Positions 57,939 through 64,000 of a stretch of DNA of 64,000 nucleotides are shown in pieces; position 1 is the stretch's first letter; each line of letters starts with the position of its first letter. The stretch covers positions 21,204,001-21,268,000 of the forward strand of contig CM106585.1 in the NCBI GenBank assembly GCA_048013815.1. Reading direction: 5' to 3'. This DNA comes from Setoptus koraiensis (Eukaryota; Animalia; Arthropoda). The notes beneath the pieces are model-generated. The model made no database searches. It had not been told where the DNA came from and worked only from the letters and a program-made list of their open reading frames with translations. The translations under genes and the position numbers were made by a program.

Positions 57939-60900
57939 GGGTGGCGCACGGTCTCAACAGCGCACGCTGCGCCAAAATTGCCGAAATGGGCGCCCCAGCA
58001 TGCGGCACAGGCGAGCGAGTCGCTCAGAGCGAGTGAGTGAGTGATGGACGAAATAGAGCAGACAGACGGACAAACATAAAATATTCGATGCGACTGTCGA
58101 GCCGGTCGAACGGATGACGACCCAGCGACTGTGACGAGCATGAGCAGCGCCGTGACGTTGATGATGATGGTTTGATATCGAGCGCGGTCCGTCGGACGAC
58201 AACGGCAGCGGCAACAGCGACAACAACGACAACAGCAGCAACGACAACAACAGCAGCACCAACGACGGCCAAGTTAAACTTGTTAATAGACGTCGCTGCA
58301 ACTAATGGCCGCTTCGTCTGGCGTGCCATTTTGACGAGGCGCCTCCCCCGTCGGCCCAGCGCGGGTTGCGGGCCGAAAAATGTTCGCCGCACTAATGCAA
58401 CTACAATGCCCGTGCGTGCGTGTGCGTGTGTGCCTGAGCGTGTGCGTGTACGTGGACACAAGTGTGCGTGTGTGCGCGCGCGTAACAAGCGCTCGCTCGT
58501 TTGTGCTGTGTGTGTGTTTGTCGCTCGGTTTGTCAGCCTGACAACAACAACAGCGACGGCAACAACAGCGACGGCAACAGCGACGGCAACAACAGCATCT
58601 CCTCAGTGTCTATCATGATCAATAGTCGTCGTCGCTGTTACGGCCAACAAGCGAGCGCTGGCAATAAAATTCTTTGCCTCTCGCTCTATCTCGGCCATCG
58701 CCAGCTCACTGGCGAACTCACTGGCGAACTCACTGGCAAACTCACCAGTCGGCACACACAGCAGCCACCGGAGCACATCAAACGAGCTCGCAGAGGCGCA
58801 TCCTTTGTGAGCCGCTGCTGCTGCTGCGTGCGTTTGATTGAATGGCTCACAAAAATTAACCATTTATCAAAGATGACATTTCATCAATCATTAACATTCA
58901 TTATTTGCTACCCAAATCAATTTCAACCATCAATCAATTGGAGCTGCGCGCATCGCCGACAGCCCCTTTCTCTTTGCTCTCCCTCTGCACTGAGAGTCTG
59001 TGCCTCTGTACTACAGAGTCTGTAGTAGAGGGTCGGCACTGAGAGTCGCTCTGTCTCGGCTGCAAAGTGCGTTTCCTATTCCAGCGCGGCCCGCCGACCA
59101 CCGTGGGCACCGCTCGCGCCGTTCGGGGCACACATCGGGTACCCCTCTGACAGGCGCGACAGCAGCACACAACAAATCCGGGCGGCAAATGATGCGCACA
59201 ACGTGTGCGCCACTGTCACACTCAACTCTTGGTCTGAGGGGGGGGGGGCCAAGGAGGCTTGCGCACCGAATGTGCGCCTGTTTTGTTGCGCAACGCGCTC
59301 GCATTGTGCAATCACAAATGTGTGTGCACAATGCGACGTTGCTTAGTTGCCAGTGCGTCCGCTCACTTGTCAGTGCGCTGCCAGCGACTGTTCGGCGGCC
59401 ACTGTTTGGCGGTGACTGTTCGGCAGTGACTGTTCGGCGGCCACTGGCCAACGGTGACTGGCCAACAGCGCGTGCATCAGCTGTGTGCGGCAAGGGTTAA
59501 GTGGGCGACTGTCAGCTGATCGCAACTGTCAGACGGGGCGGCGGCGCATGCGCGTGGCCCCGCGGCCTGGCCTGGCGAAATTAGCTGTGTCCAGTGTGTG
59601 CGCGAGCGAAGTGTGCGGATGACAACAGTGCATTCACAGTTGTCAGTGTGCTCAGCTGTGTACAGGGTGTGCGCAAAAGACGGTCGCTGGGGGCCCGCGC
59701 AAATTTGTGACGGCGCGCGGCCAGACCGGGCCGGCCGGTGCGAGCGCCGGCTAGGTAATCAGTTGTTGTTGTTGCTGTTGGCTGCTGTTGTCATGATTTG
59801 GTTTGATGTTGTCATTAATCAATCAAGCAAACCAAACATGAGAGCCAGCAGCCTAAAACAAACAAACAAACGGACAAACAAAGCTGCTGGCTCAATGCGC
59901 TGTCAGAGCGCATTGTGTCCTGTTGTGAGTGCCCATTGCGAGTGTCTCAAGCGTGTGCACTCGTAGTGGCCAGTGTTTGTCCACTTTCGGGCCGTCGTCT
60001 CGTCTGTCCGCTCGTCCGTCTGTCCGCTCGCCCGTCTGTCCGCTCGCCCGTCTGTCCGCTCGCCCGTCTTGTCGTCCGGCCGCCGCGCCGCCATGAGTCA
60101 TGGTCGGCGGCGGCCAACAAGCGCGCACTGGCCAACGCGCCGCAAGGCGCAGCGCCCCCCAAACGAGAGATAAAAAAAGATATAAATTAGACGGCGAGAG
60201 AGTGGCCAATTTTCAAGTCTCCAGTGACATAGAATAATTATTGTTGTAGGCAAGCGCGCATGCAGTGGATAACTTTTGCAATGTCAAATGACGATGATTT
60301 AATGCTCTGCCGTCTGGGCCGGCCGCTGGCCGGCGCATGGCATCGCATCGCGGCGCATGGCATCGCAACGGCGCTCCGATCGACCGATGACGCCGAGATG
60401 ATGCATCACCGATGCGCTCGTCACGTTGACGCGCCTCCGTCGGGCTGTCGCGACTCGCGAGCATGCCCGCACTTGTGCGCAGCGGCGCCCGTTGGCCGGC
60501 CTGTCCGCGGGCCCGCCGTGTGACAATGCGCGTATGGGCGAGCTGCCGAGTGCGGGCCAAGGTGCGCCCGGCCGCCGAGAGCCGGTGACGGCGATCAGGG
60601 CCAAGGATGGCGCGCGGTGACGGCGCGCACAGCAGCGCCGGCCAGCCCCAGCCCCGCGCCGCGCCGCACCGCAACCACAGCGACGGCAATGACAAACAAC
60701 AGGCGCCGCCATTGGGCCGCGGCGGCGCTGCGCGCCGGCCATCAATCTAAGCCAACTCTTTGTCGGGCGGCCGCCGGGCCGTGCGGCCGGCGCCCTGGGA
60801 GCCGCCGCGTCCGGCCCGCTCTGTTAGCGCTCTGTCAGTGCGCCCGGTAAGCGCATCTCGGCGGCGCCCGGCCCGCTCTGTTAGTGGCAAGGCGGCGCTC

Positions 60901-63900
60901 ACCTGGCCCGGCCGAGCCGGTGCGGGCCGGCGCGGCGCGCCGACCGGTCGAGTGATCACTCAGCGAGCGGCCATTATTATGGGCACAGTGTGCGCGCGCG
61001 ATATCAACTTTTGCCGGCCACAATGGGCGCGCTGGCACATTATTGATGATGTTAATTCTAATTGATGATTGTGTTATGTGTCATGAGCACGACGAGCAAG
61101 GGTTGTGTCCATATATCACACAATGCAGCGGCGCTATTATTATCAGGCGCGCCGGCAGCGAGCACTGATAAGCGGTTGCTGGCGGCGGCGGCCAGTTGTG
61201 ACGGTGGCGCGGTCTAACTGGGCCGCGATTGTGTTGCGCGCATCGGCCATCAATCGGCCACCGATCGGGCGCGCCAAATATGACGCAAGCCACAATGGCC
61301 GTTGCGTCGCTGGCCAGTGGCGGGCCGGCCAGCGGCGGCCCGGCGACACAACGGCCGATGATTATAAAACTAAACGCACACAAAGAAGTGGGCACCGTGA
61401 TGGCGCCGCTGACACCAACACTTGTCGCCGTTGTCATGTTGCGCGGTTTGTCGCGGCAGCGCGCACACGTTGCTAACGGGCTTCGTCTGCCACACGCACT
61501 CGCTCGCCGCCGCCGCCGCTGCTGCTGTAACGTGTGTGACGCAACTCTCGCTTGTGTGTGTGTTATATTGTGTGTGCAAGTTACGCAATTGTTGGCCACT
61601 CGGCCGGCACTGCAAACAACCGATAGCGGCCGCTCTGCTGGCTGCAGTGGCTGGCGGCGGCTGGCGGCGGCTGGCGGTAGCCCCTGCTGGCGGGGCCCCG
61701 CTTGGCAGCGGCAGCAGCCAAAAGAAGATTTGTGTCAATATCAGGCGCGCGCGTTGTGTGCGTGTGTGTGTGTGTGCGTGCGGTGACGGAATGACAACGA
61801 GCGGCGATGCCCATCAACACTTTAATACTGGCTGTCACATTGGCCTGACAGTGGGCCAGTGCGCACGCTCGCGCCCGGCCGGGCACCACGGCCGCTCCGT
61901 TGGGCACGGCGGCGGCCGGCAGCGCGCAATTTGCTGGCAACGCGGCCGCACGAGCAAATTGCGCTCGCCGCGAACCGCACGGGGCCGCGTGCAGCTTGGG
62001 GGCCCGGCGGCCAGCGATTGGGCGGCCTCTGAGACTCAGAGTCTCAGTCAGTGGCACTGACTCAGTGCGAGTGGCGGGCCAACAGCCGACACTGCTGACT
62101 GACACCGGCGAGCGGCGCGGCCATGCTAATTGAGAGCCGGCAGCAGCGCCCAGCCAGTCTGGCAGCCCAGTTGCCACTCTGTCAAGCCGTTCAGCTGTCA
62201 GACAACAAACACAAAACAGCTGACTGCGTCGGTTATTATTCAATGTCTGCGAATGACAACACCAGCACCAGCCGCATCACTACAGCCAGTCAGCTGGCGG
62301 CGCAGCGCCGGCCCAGTCGGCGGGCCGGGCCGCCCGGCAAGTCGCGGAATTAATAAGCGGAGCCAAGTGCATGACATTTGTTCATCACTCAATGTCTTGG
62401 CGCTATCATCATCGCCATCAACGCCATCAGTAGCTGCGCGTGTGTGTGTGTGTGTGTGTGTGTGCAGCGCCAGTATTAACAACAACAACAACAACTACAA
62501 ATGCAATCACTAATAGGGACAACACGTACCATATAGCACCAGTTCCGCGCGTTGCAGCGCGGTTCCAGTTTGCCCGCGCTCGGCGGCTCTCGGCGGCGCT
62601 CGCCAGTCCTCGCGGCAGTTGCGCCCGAGCGCCGAGCTGGCGAGATAATCATTTACCACCGACGCACAATCATAATAAATACGCTGCGTGCACGCTCTCG
62701 ACGCCAGCGACTCGGGCAGCGGCAAGCACTGGCCAGGCCGCATTCTCGCTTGTCGGGCCGACGCGACCCGGCGCGGCCGCCCAACCAGCGCAAACAAATG
62801 AACGAACAAACAAACAAACAATGGTGATTACATAAGAACTTAATGGCTAGAACGGTGCCAGCCAGCAACATAACAGGCTCTGCCTGGTGTCATTAACATG
62901 CCCCGTGCGCGCGTCCGTCTGTCTGTACCATTGGCCGTGTCGATGTTTCATCACAACAATGATCGCACGTCACTAGCCGGGCGCCCCCCCCCCCGCCCGC
63001 TCACTCCGTTGCTGCAATGCTGCCGAAAACGATAGGTGCGTATGACACTGACGCTAACGATGCTTGATTTATCTAACTGACTGGATCTTTGCATTGTCGC
63101 CACTGTGCCACCGACAGGCGGCCCAAAACGCCAAACGACGTCTTTTGCCTGTCGACGGTGTCGACTGTCGGCTGCTGGCTGCCTACTGCCGGCTGGCTAA
63201 GCCCGCTGAGCGGCGACAGTCATCACGACAGTCGGCAGAACAGCCGGCCAGTATCCGAACGAGCAGCGAGCCCAACTGCGAGCCGAGCCACTCAACGAGC
63301 CGCTTGCCAGCGCACAGCGACGCAACGAAGATCAAGTCTGACATAAATTGACGCAAAAGAAGAGTTACAGTTATCAGGCGAGCGGGCGCCCATGCTAATA
63401 CGACGACGACTACTACTACTACTAATACTCGCCTGCCTGATCCCATTACGTCTAACGGGGCCCAGCCATCGGTGGCAGGCGCGCCAGTCTGGTCGCCAGC
63501 AAATACTACCTACGTCTACTTTCTCTGGCCCCATCAACTTCCGATCTCGTCAATGTCACTCAACGGGGATGACATTTACGCTGTCACTCACTCAGTTGAA
63601 CTTTCTCTCTCTCTCTCGCTGGCTCGTATTTCCCCTCGCTCTCTCTCTCTCTCTCTCTCTCCGTCTCTAATGTTTCCCGGTGGCTGGCACCCAAAACAAC
63701 CAGCCAGCAGCCATCACACACACACACACACGACAGTATGCAGATTCATCGTCGCTTATTTCGTTGTTTGCATTCTCTGTCGCTCTCTCTCTCTCTCTCG
63801 GCACACTGTTATGCAACTACTAAACTGCGGCACCGCATTATAAGCTGTCCGTCTATTTGCTGAGCTATACGCACGCATCCCAAGAATGTAAACTCTCTCT

Positions 63901-64000
63901 CTCTCGCTGGATCTTTCTAAACGCGCCAGCACTCTGTGCGAGGCCCCCAGAATACCCCTGCCCATTGAATAGACAGCTCATAGAAAGTGCCACGCGGGCG

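Noticed and set aside
57940-64000. ORFs right of the retrotransposon
   Set aside because: Same GC-rich low-complexity signature, with no recognisable protein family or consistent exon structure.

Overview
Eukaryotic animal genomic DNA, not prokaryotic. Intron-poor genes and microsatellite-rich spacers resemble a streamlined mite genome (inference only). The window has four zones. (1) 1-11 kb: a five-exon Serrate/Jagged-type Notch ligand with only 4 EGF repeats and a 7.46-kb repeat-rich first intron. (2) 11.2-28.8 kb: a dense AT-rich cluster of nine genes with 0-1 coding intron each: OXCT1/SCOT, PIP4K2, CISD3, CARS1, XPO4, an orphan membrane ORF, RAB35, GTF2H4 and a minimal ESCO/Eco1. The SCOT/PIP4K2 and CISD3/CARS1 head-to-head pairs share duplicated 5' ends, and CISD3 carries the SCOT N-terminus. 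(3) 29-51.5 kb and 58-64 kb: low-complexity, increasingly GC-rich DNA with no recognisable coding exons, many short tandem duplications and a few strong hairpins. (4) 52-57.9 kb, minus strand, next to a 500-N gap: an uninterrupted Ty1/copia LTR retrotransposon. Its gag-pol ORF continues in frame into a ~500-aa env-like membrane glycoprotein, and its primer-binding site matches the anticodon arm of tRNA-Asn (half-tRNA priming). The top leads are the env-bearing copia element, its primer site, and the duplicated bidirectional promoter cassette. Family assignments rest on motifs recalled from memory; no searches were run.
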